Source of the DNA: Antedon mediterranea
Taxonomy: Eukaryota > Animalia > Echinodermata
Reading direction: 5' to 3'
NCBI RefSeq assembly: GCF_964355755.1
Contig: NC_092675.1
Span: 8,055,812 to 8,119,811 of the forward strand
DNA: 64,000 nt
Positions 25,301 to 38,048 of the stretch are shown one piece after another. Position 1 is the first letter of the stretch. The number at the start of each line of letters is the position of its first letter. The notes under the pieces were generated by a model that was not told the origin of the DNA, searched no databases, and saw nothing but the letters and a program-made list of their open reading frames with translations. Both the position numbers and the translations under genes were made by a program.

Positions 25301-28300
25301 TCGGATTTACATCCTTTCGTAAAGATTTGTAGCGTTTAAAAGAGCGCACATATCGCTTTTACGTGCCCAACATTCTCCAAATTTTTATGAATGTAATTAT
25401 TTAGACAATTATCTTCTAAAATTGTTATCTTTATTTTTCATTTTGATGAGGTCATCATGTTAAAAATTTGAATAGAAAATGGATCTTGTAATTTATAATA
25501 TGTTAAACTGTATATAATATATTCAGTGTGTTCTGTAAAACTGTATACTGTATGACACAAAATAGACACAATTCATCACTGTGTAAACAGTTACTTCATA
25601 TAAAAGAAGTTGAATTAAAAATATCGGTATTATTTATCGCCTTTCTTTTTACCTTCAAAAATTCAATCTTACATTCAATTTATTCCTCTCTTATTCTTCC
25701 TTTTATTACCTATTGTAATATTGTCTGGGCCAATAATTTTAAATCAAATCTCGATCAAATGCATAAGAAAGGCCGTACGCATTATGTCTGGCTCGCCACC
25801 CTTTGCTCATTCTGATCCCCTCTTTTATAATTTAAATTTACTAACTGTTTATGACATAAATTACAACAATATTATCTTTGTTTACGAAGCTTTGAATTCT
25901 CTTCTTCCATCCAATTTATGCTTTTTCCTTAAAAACTCAGATGTTCATTCCTATTCTACTAGAACCTGCAAGAAACTTCACCTTCCTCAGCCCAAACTTA
26001 CGTTGCATCAACACAACGTCCGTTATAGTGGTTTTAAATTATATAATGACCTTCACTCCAGGACAATTTTCTCTCATAAAGCCACAAAAATGTCTTTTGT
26101 CAAAATATGATTTATAAAATTTGTTTATACCATCCTCAGCTTTTATATCACATGATTGTTTGTTCTTTTTTTTCGCTTTTTGCTTGCTCTGTCCTGTCTG
26201 TGTGTTTGTGTACATTAATGAATTTGTAATTTTCATTTATATCATTCATTTAGGGCTAGCTCACCTCAAGGTCTTTTGATTAATAGAATTTCTGTTTTTC
26301 ATCTGGCTTTACTTTCTGAGTTTTGCCCTCTTCCTTCATATCACATATATATTTATATTGGATATTTGTTCTTATTTTTATGTGGAAGAAATAAATGTTG
26401 ATTTGATTGATTGAGTGATGTCATAGGATGGCATAATCATTTTGGCGTTCATATTTTAACGTTATGTGCCATGTTGCGTTTGCGCGGAAAACCCGAACTC
26501 GTCACGGTGACGAGTTCAAATCCAGTTAGGCCTATTGTTCTTCTTTGTTTCTTTCTGTTCAAATTTTGTGTAACAAATATTTTTCAAATAAAAATAACTT
26601 AATCCTGTTAAGCTTTCCAACGTGATCACTCATCAGTGACGTCATTTATACGCCATTTTGTGAAATCACATTATCAGTCAAACTAACCCTGTAATATCCA
26701 CAAACTTCGATCTGAAACGCTAAATTTTGTCGTTGTAAAAGACAAAAATGGAACAATAGCGTAATACTGAAAACTAACGTTATCAAATCTACGTGTCGTG
26801 GTATATCAAGATAGATGAGGTATGTATCTAAGGCGGAGATCTTCCCCAAAGTTTGTTTATTGTGCTCGTCTGAATTAAGCATAATATATATATGTAGGCC
26901 TATACGCTTCGCTCGCGTACCATCTAGGGGTCCCCACAGATGGTTCTCGAATACAATAGAACCCACGGGGACATTTTTGGGACACTAAACAAAAATGGAA
27001 GTGTCCCTTTAATCGGGGTATTCGGAAATAAAGACAAAATGACGAATACTGGATACCACAAAGAACAATCAATTGATGTGAACTGGGGATTGGGCGGCAC
27101 GGGGGGGGGGGGGGGCTGGGTGGTGATGGAACCACGGTAATAACGTTGATTGTATTTATACACAGTATAAGAACCACACTAAATAAATACAGTAAGAAAT
27201 TCGGCGATCGGAAACGCTAGCTCTTATTTAGTAACAAATTAAACTGTAGTCTACCTCTTATTAAGGTAGGGATTTTCATACAGTTTACTAAATATTTAGG
27301 GCTAATCATCGATTGCGGTGTTAAAATGCCTGGAAACATTTGTGTGAACAAAACTGGATCGAATTTCTGTCATGAGTACTGATTTGACGCCTAAGGGATC
27401 TATCTAGACTTATTTTTCAAATAAATGTACGTACCTATCAGATACAATTGTCTTGTGTCGTATAACAAATAAGTACTGTAATAGTTACTGAAGTTAGTAT
27501 TACAACCTTGTCAATGAAAACAAAAATATGTATATGTTTATTCACTTATTTATGAAAATGCATACTATAAAGTTTCGTTTGTCTGTAAAATGATGTAATC
27601 AAGCTGTTTACATGAGTAATTAAAAACTAAAGTGTAGTTGGAGAAAAGAAACTACGAAGCATGTTTATGTTGTGTTGTGTGCCGTTATGTTTTCACCATT
27701 GACAGCCATTGGAGTGGAGCTGTATCATGGAAGTTGGTGTTTTCCTTCCAATCCCAAGGTCCGGGGTTCAATCCTGACTAAGTGCCATATATGGTTCAAT
27801 CACTCACACTCTTTCAACTGCACTCCCTAAGCCTCAAATGAGATTTAGTTTCTGCATGATGCCTATTATATACTCTACGATAATCATTTGATTTCATAAC
27901 TTTTTATTTGATGTTGTATGAGTAGGCCTAATAAAGTTTATTTTGTATTCTTGTTTATGTACGGAAACCATGCACACATCAGTAGGCCTAATTTATTCAC
28001 TGGTTGCAGATCGTTACTGAAAACGTGAGCTAGTTATAGCCGCAAAAAAAAAAGATGACCTAGTTTAGTTCTTATAAGCCTAACGACACTCCCAGTTTGA
28101 TGAATCTTTGTTTATCGGTCATGGATCTAAAATATCCGAAAGCCATTTTTAATGTTGATTAATTTTACTGTTCTGTATACAACACCCGACACTATTTTTA
28201 ATCTAAGCATTTGTCTAAATAATGCGCCCTCTATTTACCGAGCAATTTGAAGCTTCAAATACAGATTGGAATGTTCCAATGTTTTAATACATTTGTATAA

Positions 28301-29239
28301 ACGTATATTAAATCTGTCAAAATAGTATTTTTAAAGACAATCGGTCTGTCTTCAACATTATGATGCTGTATTCGAGCTGTTCAACTGGTTTTCAGCTATT
28401 AAAAATAATTATCGTAGGAAGCATCCTCGTATTATTGTGTGCGGGAATTTTTCAATCCCTTAGACAGTGTAAATCACGATCAGAAAACACCCTTACTTGG
28501 GAGTTTTATAATGTTTGCTGATGACATTAAACTGTATTTCTTGTTGATTCTTCTTTACATTTTTGGTAACATGTTGTTATATTGTTGAAGTGATAGACTT
28601 CTTAAATGTTATCGATGACGGCAAAGCCCTTATTACTATGTATGAACGTCGGTATTTGTTGCTTAGTTTTGTAGTATTTGATTCGCTTTCGGGAATTACA
28701 ATCTGCCAACTACAATGAGTTTTATTTCGTAAATTTGGTGAAGTTCCTAAGTTGCCTCTTCTTGCTGATAGAAGAAAGTTTGTGGCGTTTATTTGTCTTT
28801 AATTTCTCTACGAAATAACTTTTTAGTAACTAGTCTAATATTCTTTACTATACTTTCAGAGCTTGGAGATCTTCTGTGTGTCAATAAACCTGATGGTAAA
28901 CATCCTTACCCAGATTCACGTAAAAAGTATCTAGTATGTGAAAATGGATATTCTGATGTCAGAATCTGCAGAAATGGTCTCGCCTTCAATGATTGCGCCC
29001 AAGACTGTAGAGAACCAGACGTCACACTATCCTGCTTTTGCATCGGGAAGTTGGACGGGAGGTATACAGATCCTTCCAACTGCCATCGATACTATAGCTG
29101 TTCAAATGAGGCTACATCACATGATTACTGCGCTCCTGAACTAACGTACAATTCCTCTACTGGAACCTGTGATGAATTGCCAAAAACAGGACCACCAACG
29201 TGCTACAATGGCGTGGCGCCATTTTGGCTTGGTGGTTGA
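22398..29239 (+). CDS. Gene C: predicted small secreted protein of signal peptide + 1 EGF + 2 ChtBD2 (189 aa)
   Basis: Exons 22398-22479, 23488-23595 ([35 protein letters not shown]) and 28860-29239 join in phase 1 into an open 570-nt frame. The last exon is a diverged paralog of ChtBD2 domains 8-9 of gene A. Confidence 0.6.
22830..23450 (-). mobile_element. Tandem dimer (about 330-bp units) of a tRNA-derived element embedded in (TA)n
   Basis: Two copies. The minus strand has an A-box-like GGTCTAATGGTTAGG (second copy) and a B-box GAGTTCGAGTC, giving a tRNA-like head; bounded by TA microsatellite. Confidence 0.6.
23718..24106. mobile_element. PIF/Harbinger-type palindromic MITE
   Basis: TIRs AGGCCCATTTACACTA...TAGTGTAAATGGGCCT, TTA duplication, long internal dyad symmetry. 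Confidence 0.8.
24540..26527 (-). mobile_element. Helentron/HINE-type element related to 11444-13047, in the opposite orientation and interrupted by a LINE fragment
   Basis: The reverse complement begins AACTGGATTTGAACTCGTCACCGTGACGAGTT, compared with ACTAGACATGAAACTCGTCACTTTGACGAGTT at 11444. There is internal similarity, and a truncated copy lies at about 14520-14910. Confidence 0.55.
25640..26412 (+). mobile_element. 5'-truncated L2/Crack-type LINE 3' end
   Basis: Frameshifted RT C-terminus ([17 protein letters not shown]...KAVRIMS...HSYSTR...[10 protein letters not shown]), then AATAAA and a (TTGA)n tail. Confidence 0.75.
27710..27860 (+). mobile_element. Degenerate tRNA-derived SINE
   Basis: B-box GGTTCAATCC; body shared with 2420-2530. 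Confidence 0.45.
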
Positions 29240-32200
29240 CATGCTTGACAAGCATGATTTTCTCATCCTTTAATTGACTGTTGGGTGGTATAAACTAACA
29301 TTATGAATATAATAAAATTGGTATGTCATATACCGGTACTTAATCTATTGACTAACTAAATAAGAACAACATTTCCGATGAATGATAATTCTAATGGTGT
29401 TAATAATATATTCTTGTTAATATTTTAGGTTTAATAATATGACCTTTCTCTCCACTGGAGTAAATCCAAAACCAATGATAATATGTATTTTCATGTTTTT
29501 TTCTTTGTATTTTACTGTAGCAAGGTACCCAGGTTAATAATATATTTTTAAAAGAGATGCTATCAAAACATGCATTATTTCAATCTGTAAACTTGCAACA
29601 TTCGTATAATCTGTTTAATAAATGTCAATTATATATACTATTGGGATTGACTCACAGCTGTTCCCGCTATGCATAATTTTTCTGAAAAGTCCAGCGCCCT
29701 CAGACGGAGGAGAGTGGTAGCAGACGACGTTCACAGTGATTACGGAAACCGCGCGAGCCTTGAATTCTATTTACATTGTCAACGAAATCGGCGATTATGA
29801 TAACACTTTTATCGTCGAAGTGTAAACATCATATATAAACATTTTGATTAGCGTATTCATACATGTTATTATAAAATAATCATTCTACCTAAGATTTAGG
29901 GTGAAATATTAAATAAATTATTATAAAGTGTATTTTTTCTAAATAAATCAACGACTATATATACGGAAGTAAAACAATAACAACGATGAACAGCGCCACA
30001 TAGTTGTAAACAACGTAAGTTATTAAAATTATCCTTGAATCTGTACTTATTTTGTTTGCAATCCTAATTATTAAGTAATACTATATTTACTATGTGATAA
30101 ATCAATATTATATAAATAAATAGGTTTAGGTTTGGTAAAAAAGTGACGGTAAAAAAATTGAATAAATCGCCCGAATGTACACCTCTCTTTCCGAACGAAC
30201 TGTGTAACGGTTGGGTACACACGAATTAGAGGCGCGGGGATGACCGCGCCGAGCATACCTAATATGCTGGCCTAAACTCTAGGCCTAGGCATTGATTGTT
30301 AAGTTATTTTGTAGTCTACCTTGTCGAAAGTTGAAAGTGTTAATTTTCTGATATATCTATATGTTTATAAATTATTTTGTATGTTGCAAGTAGGCTGGTA
30401 TGGTAATATTTATTATACTGAGGTAGGCCTACATTTTGAATATGTACCATTGTATAGCCTATTACTGTAGGCCAAAGACTATATCAACATTTTTTTTGTT
30501 TTGCAGATCATGGAGTTTCACGAAAAGGCGCTGTCGTCAATATGTTTCTGTTGTGGGAAAAAAATTAAACGTAATGATGAAAGATATAATTTAGAAAATA
30601 TGAAAATCACACCACAATCATTTGACGTTGAAAATATTAATCTTCCCAAAGCACTATGTTCAACCTGCCATTCCAAATTTTGTAAGGGACATATTTTGAC
30701 ACCTTATCAGTTTCAATCGCATAGCGAAAATCATTGTGTAACCTGTTACTTGTATACAAATCAGCAAAGACCAGGCCCAAGACCGAAGCCTTCTAATCTA
30801 AGAAGCAAGAGTGGTATATTTTCAAAAGATATCACTCCACTTCCTGCAGTCAGTCGGCAGTTTGTTATTTTTAACCAAGTTGATGAAATCTATCAGTGCA
30901 ATATTTGCAACAACCTGTTGTCACTTGATAGCATCCAGACACCCTGTTCCCATTTCTTTTGTACCTTCTGTGTCAACAAATTATTTAATGCCCTTTCGAA
31001 ACCATCAATTCCTTGTTTTATTTGCGGCTTCAATTTTAACAAAGATAATTTGATCAAAATTCCAACAATTTTAGAACATTCATTATCTTCTGTTTCACTT
31101 AAATGTCGCATATGCAAGGAAGAGTTATGTTTAATGGGAACAGTAGGCCATAGTTGTAAGACCGACAAAGAACAGGCATTTACAGTATGACTATTCAAAA
31201 TGCTGTGCATCAAATTGAAGAAACTACAGCTGCAAGTAATGTGTACCCACAGAACTGACAAAATTGGCTCATAAACTGGTACACAAAGATGTGACAAATG
31301 GGCAAATGTCTTTAAAAACTCAAGGGCGGGTAAGATTTAAATTCTGTTTTAAAATCAAATGCATCTTATAATATTTTTACAAAAATTAATACACTAAATG
31401 TTACTACAGTATTTTCTTCTGTATATTAATTCATAATTTTTTAATAATAAACTAGCCACTCAAGATGGTTACTAAATCACAAGCCTCCACAACTGTAGTG
31501 ACAACAGAAATTAAACAACAACAAATGGATGGGATGAAATGTCTTGCAATTATGAATGCATGCAAGATTAATTGGTCTCAGCAAAGAGTATTACGGAGGT
31601 ACAGTACTGTGTGTTTACAAATAAAATTACCCAACTTTAATTATAGAAAGTTCAAAACCTATTTGTATACAGGCCGCAATCTGAAATGTGTGTTAAATAA
31701 ATCCTTTTGAACCAAAGTAGCTTTGAATTATGTAAAAAATAATTGTTACACATACTACTGTATATTAATATATTTTTAATTAGTAGCTGAATCACAATTT
31801 TAAACATTTTTCTATAAATATTTTAGATTTTGCCCAGGCTTGTTTGCATCTGAGAGGGAAATGAGGTCAATACAAGAAAAGATAGTTGGGGACTACTTAG
31901 TTAAATCTTTAGAGTATATGTTTGTGAAGAGAGAATGCGCAACTTCAATTGGAGGCCTGGTCCTGGAAGAGGTACCTGTTGTTAGGTTGACAAACATAAA
32001 ACAGTTGGTGTTAGACTACTTAAATCAGTATGACATGTAAGTTCAACTTTATTTCATTATTATTCTATTATGGTTAACAATTGTACTGTATTATATCTTT
32101 ATGTAACCTTTATACAATTTTAGATGCCAAATTTCTCACGTATACAATTATTTATTTAGGTCAGAACAACCGTTGATGGGGATATTTTTTTGAAATTTGG

Positions 32201-32427
32201 TGGGGACAAAGGTGGGAATTCAACGAAATTCGAGCTCCAACTTTGTTGTTTGGAGAAACCAAATGCTTTGTACAACATAATGGTTGTACTTGTCTTTGAG
32301 GCTCCAGACTTGACAGTCAATATCGAGAAGGGACTAGACCTTATATTAGATGAAATAATGGAGTTGGAAGGATGTCAGTGGACTTCCCCAACAACACAAC
32401 AGTAAGTTAATGCAATCATCAAACCAT

Positions 32428-32602
32428 CAGGGAATAATTTCGCCAGTGTAGCATAGCAAAAAGCTATACAAAACAACCTTTTTGCTACAGATTTTTAAAT
32501 TTATGTAGCAAAAAATACAATACAAAACTATGTTTCTCGACTCAAAAATCAGTTTGATTAGCAATATTGCTAAACAAAATTTAAAAATGAAATTTTCCCC
32601 TG
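32428..32602. mobile_element. Small TIR element in a transposase intron
   Basis: CAGGGAATAATTTC...GAAATTTTCCCCTG, flanked by an ACCAT direct repeat. Confidence 0.55.
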
Positions 32603-33420
32603 ACCATGATTTATATTTTTTTAAACCCTACTGTATAAAGAAGAATAAACTACTATCATGTAATTTGGCAATGATTTTAATGACAGATAGTTAATTTTGT
32701 GTCTAATATATAAAATTAATTTTTTTTCAGAACCCACAAAATCAGATTGTTCGTGTTTGGGGATTATGACTTCCTTTGCCGGTTATATGGATTGATTGGG
32801 CCAAATGGTGAGTACATTTTGTTTATGTTTTTTTTGTTTGTTATGTTTATTTCACCAAATTGTAATTTCAGAATTGTATTCCTTTCAGGAAAGTACAGTT
32901 GTATTTACTGCTATGCCAGCCAAGAGGACATAAAGCATAATAAGAAGCCAAGTGAAAACAGGTGCCTTAATTCCTATAATAAGGACTTCAAGTGCTTTGT
33001 GGACCATGGCAGTGACCCCAAGAAAAGTAAATTAATATCGCACAGCATCATCAGGCCCTACATGCTAGGTATTGAATTAGACAAAGTGAGTAAACAATCT
33101 TCACAATTATTGTAGGCGTCGACTTATTGTTATTAACATTTTTGGATTGATAAAGGTTACAAAAAAAATATTAAAATTTGCATTACATAATTATCTATTT
33201 ACAAACTACAGTATACTAAAAACCAATAAATACACTGATTATGTTATAATAACATCTAGTACGAAACTTACTCCAAATAATGAGTGAGTCATGATTCAAC
33301 ATTTCGGTCTTTATCAGGAATGATGATGATCCAAATAAAAATCGACTTCTCATTTAAATTTGGAATAAGCTTTATACTATGTAGTAAACAACAATCTAAC
33401 ATAAAAGTTAAACAGTTATA

Positions 33421-34206
33421 CAGTCGACTCCGCCTAAGTCGAATTCGCGTAAGTCGAAAAATCGCGAAAGTCGAATTTTTAGGAAAGTCCCAATTCTTTC
33501 CTATACATTACTGTGTAATTTTTATTTGTAAGTCGAATTTTTCTAAGTCGAAATTCGTCTAAGTCGACGTCTTTTTGCGGTCCGAATACACACATTCTTT
33601 AGTAATTTATATCGTATAAGTCGAAGTCACAAATTACGCGGCAACAACGCGCTAAAAAAGCCGATGAAACGTACGTAATTCGATAAACAAACAACAGAGG
33701 GGATAATGTGGGACCCTATCGGTTCTCTCAAGCAGGTTGTATAGTATAGGCGGCGTCCTACAACTCGCGCTAGTGTATGTGTATGAGTTGTTTTAGATCG
33801 AGTTGAGAACTTGAGCGGCGTTTTGTGGGTACCTAATTTGTGCTAGACAGATTGTAATAAACAATGGATACCGATTTCGAATAAAAACCGAAATGTATTT
33901 ATTATACGTTTTTGTATTGTTTCGGGCTTAAACCATAAAAGAAAATACAGTTTATCATTGCCGATAAAGAGGCTTAGCATTTATTAGGCCCAGCTAGCTA
34001 GCTAAGCAAACTCAATTCAAGAAGGCTCATCGCGTGGTGGGCCGCGATCGCGACAGGGCAGGGTCCACTAGGCCTAGCCATAGCGCGGCCAGCGAGTGAA
34101 CCTAGGCCTAGGCCTAGCATTTTTTTGACAAATCTGTAAGTCGAAGTTCGCGTAACTCGAATTTTTATACCGGTCCCATTAGATTCGACTTAGGCGGAGT
34201 CGACTG
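33421..34206. mobile_element. Tc1/mariner (pogo/Tigger-type) MITE in a transposase intron
   Basis: TIR CAGTCGACTCCGCCTAAGTCGAA at both ends, TA duplication, repeated subterminal TAAGTCGAA. Confidence 0.88.
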
Positions 34207-36437
34207 TATTATTATTATTAGTATCATAACATTAACATGTATTACCTTTATTCTCCATTATATAATTCCATGTATTACAAAATTAATATTTTCCAGGTAT
34301 CAATTCCAGCACTTCATATCTCGCTAGGTCTCTTTAAGAAGATGTATGATCAACTTGAAAAAGAAGTTCATAACTTAGATCTCATCATATTTAATATGAG
34401 ACAGGATGGTGCTATTCAGATTGGTAAAAACTTTTTTTTTCTAATGAAATGTTTACATTTTTCCAGAAAAATTTCCAATTCATGATCACTATAAATTAAC
34501 TTAATATCATTAGGTGGTAACCTGCCAGACTTTGAGAAGACAATTTTGCAAGCAGCATCAAAGCGAAGTTCATGTACACAAAAAATCAGTTCTGTAAATG
34601 AGGAGCTTGATGAACTGAGAAATACACTCTCTCTGTCACTAGTGAAGCACAATGATGCTAACGAAATTTCTGAAATCACCAACAAAATATATCTGAAAGA
34701 ACAGAGTGTTAAAGACTCGGTTAGTTAATTTTATTTGTTTAGTTTACTACACTATTCAATTAGAAATAATCACTAAAAGCAAAATATGTATTTGTGTTTC
34801 AGCAATCTACTATGAATGAAGAAATCAAATATGCAACCGGACCATTATGTACAGAAATGGACAACATTTTAACAGCAAACAAAATACCCCGACAACAATA
34901 TCACGGGAAAAGTTTTGTTGGCAATCATGTGTATAGAGCATGCAAAGTAAGTACTAAAATGGTCAAAGTCTCTTAATTAAAGAAATTATAAATATCTAAT
35001 TACAAATTAAATTGACATACAGATGAATAACTTTCTTGCATACGCATTGTCCAACACTCAAAAATACCATTCTTTTCTCAGTTTAACATTATAGACAAGT
35101 TAATGGATGGATTGGAAATTGTATTGAAGCAACAGATGCATCATTGCAAAGACAAACACACAACCATTCTAGCGACAAAACTGTCGAAGATAAGACAGTC
35201 ATTTACGCCACCATTTAAACTGTTTAGTCAAGTTCATGCATGCATCAACCATACACGATTCATTGATGATCCTGAAATTGATGCATATGGTAAGTCCAAA
35301 ATAATTTTTTTTTGCAAAATCATGTTTAAAATAATGAAAAGGGGCATTGCAACCATCAAGAATAACAGATATACATAAGAATAACTCTTAATAATTTTTA
35401 ATTTCTTCAATATAGAACATGCAATAAAGTCATTCTCTGTAGAGTACAGAAAGATTGCCCCTGGTGTGGTACAGCCGAAACTCCACATGTTGGAGCATCA
35501 CTCTGTACCATTTATGCGTCGATGGAAGGTGGGCATCGGCCTACTTGCAGAACAAGGTGGAGAATTAATCCACTCAGAGTTCAACAGACGGAAAAGGGCC
35601 GTTCATGGTATAAGAAATAATCTTGATCAGCTAATGTCTATAATGAAATCCCATCTGACATTTACCTCTCCAGAAATACAGCAGGTACAAATACCAATCA
35701 AGAAATCCAGAAAATCAGAAGACTGAATAAAGAATGAAAACATGGGGATTTGTAAAATATTGTACATACATATGTGATTAAACAAGAAAATAAAATTTAC
35801 CTCAGGGCTTTAATTTGATGATCTGGTATACACGCTCATCATACTTGGTACTGTTGGATTCAATTTGACTTCCTCTTTCACAAGTTCAGTTTCAAAACCC
35901 AAATGTGAAGAACAATTTAAAAAAAAACATTTAAAAACAAATTATACTACAGTATTTTATTCCAAATTTTCAATTTTATAGTTTGCCGTACTGTATGATG
36001 TAAGACAAAAAATGTCTTGATAAATTTCAATTCAATTTGTTGATTATTATTAAAATCAATATTTTTCATTTTTGCAATTAAATAGCCATTTAAAAAAAAA
36101 GGACAGAATTGGTTATGGTTTTATATATTAGTATACTTAAATTTAATGTGTGCTGTAAAACAATAAAGTGTTTTTTAATAGAAAAAATGACTTACCAAAC
36201 ACCAATTGTTTTTCACATTTCTAACAATAGCATACCATTTCTTCGTTTTCCGGTACTACTAGGGCCTAGGCCTAAACAAAAATAGTTATATTGTATCATT
36301 ATGTATTATGAATATATATGGACTGGTACATGGAATGTGAATATAATGTTACTACAGTGTAAATAAATTTGTTGTTGCATGGTTAATAAATGTTTCACTA
36401 GGCTAGCCTACTACTACTACTACCATAGTTTACTAAC

Positions 36438-37391
36438 GGTAGCCGATCACTCCGGCCGCGCTTCACTCCGGCCGCCGTATCAGTTTAGCGCGATGTTATG
36501 CACTCCGGCCGCTATTCAATTCGACTTCCTGTGCAAAGGGGCCGTTAGTATGGAGCGCCCATATCTACGTTTTCTATACTGTTCAGTGTTATAACAAATT
36601 CTTGGTGAATTTAAATGGAACTAGTTGAATATTTATTAGCAACAATTTTACTTGTTTCATTAACAATAACATTCAAAGAAGTTGGAACTGCTTTTTCTTT
36701 CAAACTAAACTTAACTTAATTAAATTCAATAATAAAATAATAATCAAATACCCGTCTAATTAATGCTTGAATAACAATATTTAATTTCTTTCTATGTACA
36801 TTTATTTTTATAGCTTTACATTTATTAACATTAAAAATTAGTTAAAACCCTTATTTTTATAACACTTTATCTTGCCAGTACCCATACTTACTAATTATAG
36901 TTAATAACAATATTTACAATATTAATTAATTTATTTCAAATAATCAAATATCCGTCTAATTAATGTTACCTGGAATTGTATCAAGAATTAATATATCATT
37001 TTTGTACAGTCCAATTTACAATGATTTTATATTTTAATTTATATATGATAAAAATAATATGACATATAGGGTACATTGCAATAAATTACATTAATTAATC
37101 ACATTACAATTAATATACTAGCCTATTACATTGGATAAAACACATAAATTATTTTGTTCTAGCATTAGACCTAATTTAAAACACTTGTGATGTTGTTGTG
37201 ATCCTGAAAGAGAAAAAATATACTGTATTATTACAAATGTTTATTTTGATTCTCTACAAAAAACGTGTCTCGGTTGTAAAAGACTCATTGGGCGCTCCAT
37301 AGCTGCGGCCGGAATGAATCGCGGCCGGAATGAATCGCGGCCGGATTTGAAGCGCGGCCGGAGTGAAGAGCGGCCGGAGTGATCTGTATTC
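36438..37391. mobile_element. Mutator/fold-back-like MITE
   Basis: 8-bp duplication TTACTAAC (36430-36437 and 37392-37399). TIRs are built from repeated CACTCCGGCCGC units plus ATGGAGCGCCCA; AT-rich interior. Confidence 0.8.
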
Positions 37392-38048
37392 TTACTAACT
37401 AGGCCTCCAAGCTTAGCCAGTAGTAGAATTAGGCCTGGAATTTAATCTCATCAAAATTTATTGTTTGTATGTGACTTGTAATTGTATTGTAAAATATAAA
37501 AATCCCTTACATCCACGACCAGTTAAACTATTCTCTCTACTCACTAAAACTAGGCCTAGCCACAGCTACACCGGGTAGGCCTAGTACTACTACAACAGTA
37601 GTAGAGTAGTACTACCCGGGGGCCTATAGACCGGCAGCCCAGAGACATTTGGTTAGATGAGCTAGGTACCAATATCTGACTATTTGAGTGTGTTGGGGGT
37701 CACTTGAAGTGAATGAAAATGGGAGTCTGCCGGGTACCCCCTGCTGCGTCTAGACCGGGGGGACCCCGAAACGTGCTAAAAAATCGGCACAGGTTAGATG
37801 AGAGAGATACCACCTAATTTTACCACCATGGGATGCCCATTGGCATCCTTATAACAGTATCACAAACGACAGACTTTTTCTCTGCTGCAAAAGGCCCGCC
37901 AGACCCCCCGAGGGAGGGCCTAAAATGGGGTTAGCATAGATGAGTGAGGTACCACTCAAAATCAATTCCAAACGAACAAGTTGTGTTCATACAATACTAA
38001 ATGGATAACAACAGACTAATTGTCTGCTGCACCGCAAGTGCGAGACAC

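Larger units (their letters stand above)
30510..35726 (+). pseudogene. Chapaev-type transposase (Chapa zinc finger + RING finger + RAG1-like DDE core), about 11 exons, frameshifted
   Basis: Approximate exons: 30507-31329, 31456-31598, 31827-32036, 32160-32401, 32731-32807, 32889-33085, 34297-34423, 34514-34719, 34803-34946, 35082-35289, 35416-35726. Motifs: H-x7-CFCCG...CSTC...CVTC (Chapa), C3HC4 RING (CNIC...CSHFFCTFC...CFIC), GGDKGG, GDYDFL...CIYC, PALHISLG, KLHMLEHH, AEQGGE. Frameshifts near 31190, 31250 and 32180. Confidence 0.85.

Noticed and set aside
28500-28790. Additional exon of gene C
   Set aside because: Contains an MFADDIKL-like RT remnant with stops; old LINE debris.
30501-31190. 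Stand-alone RING E3 ligase or true RAG1
   Set aside because: The frame continues through frameshifts and introns into a transposase inside TSD-flanked ends, and the core motifs differ from RAG1 proper.
35727-37626. Convergent RAG2-like gene, as in ProtoRAG
   Set aside because: There are a few minus-strand splice-like sites (near 35800, 36190 and 37205), but the segment I translated (about 35800-35910) has stops in all frames and I saw no kelch or PHD pattern. Much of the interval is a MITE.
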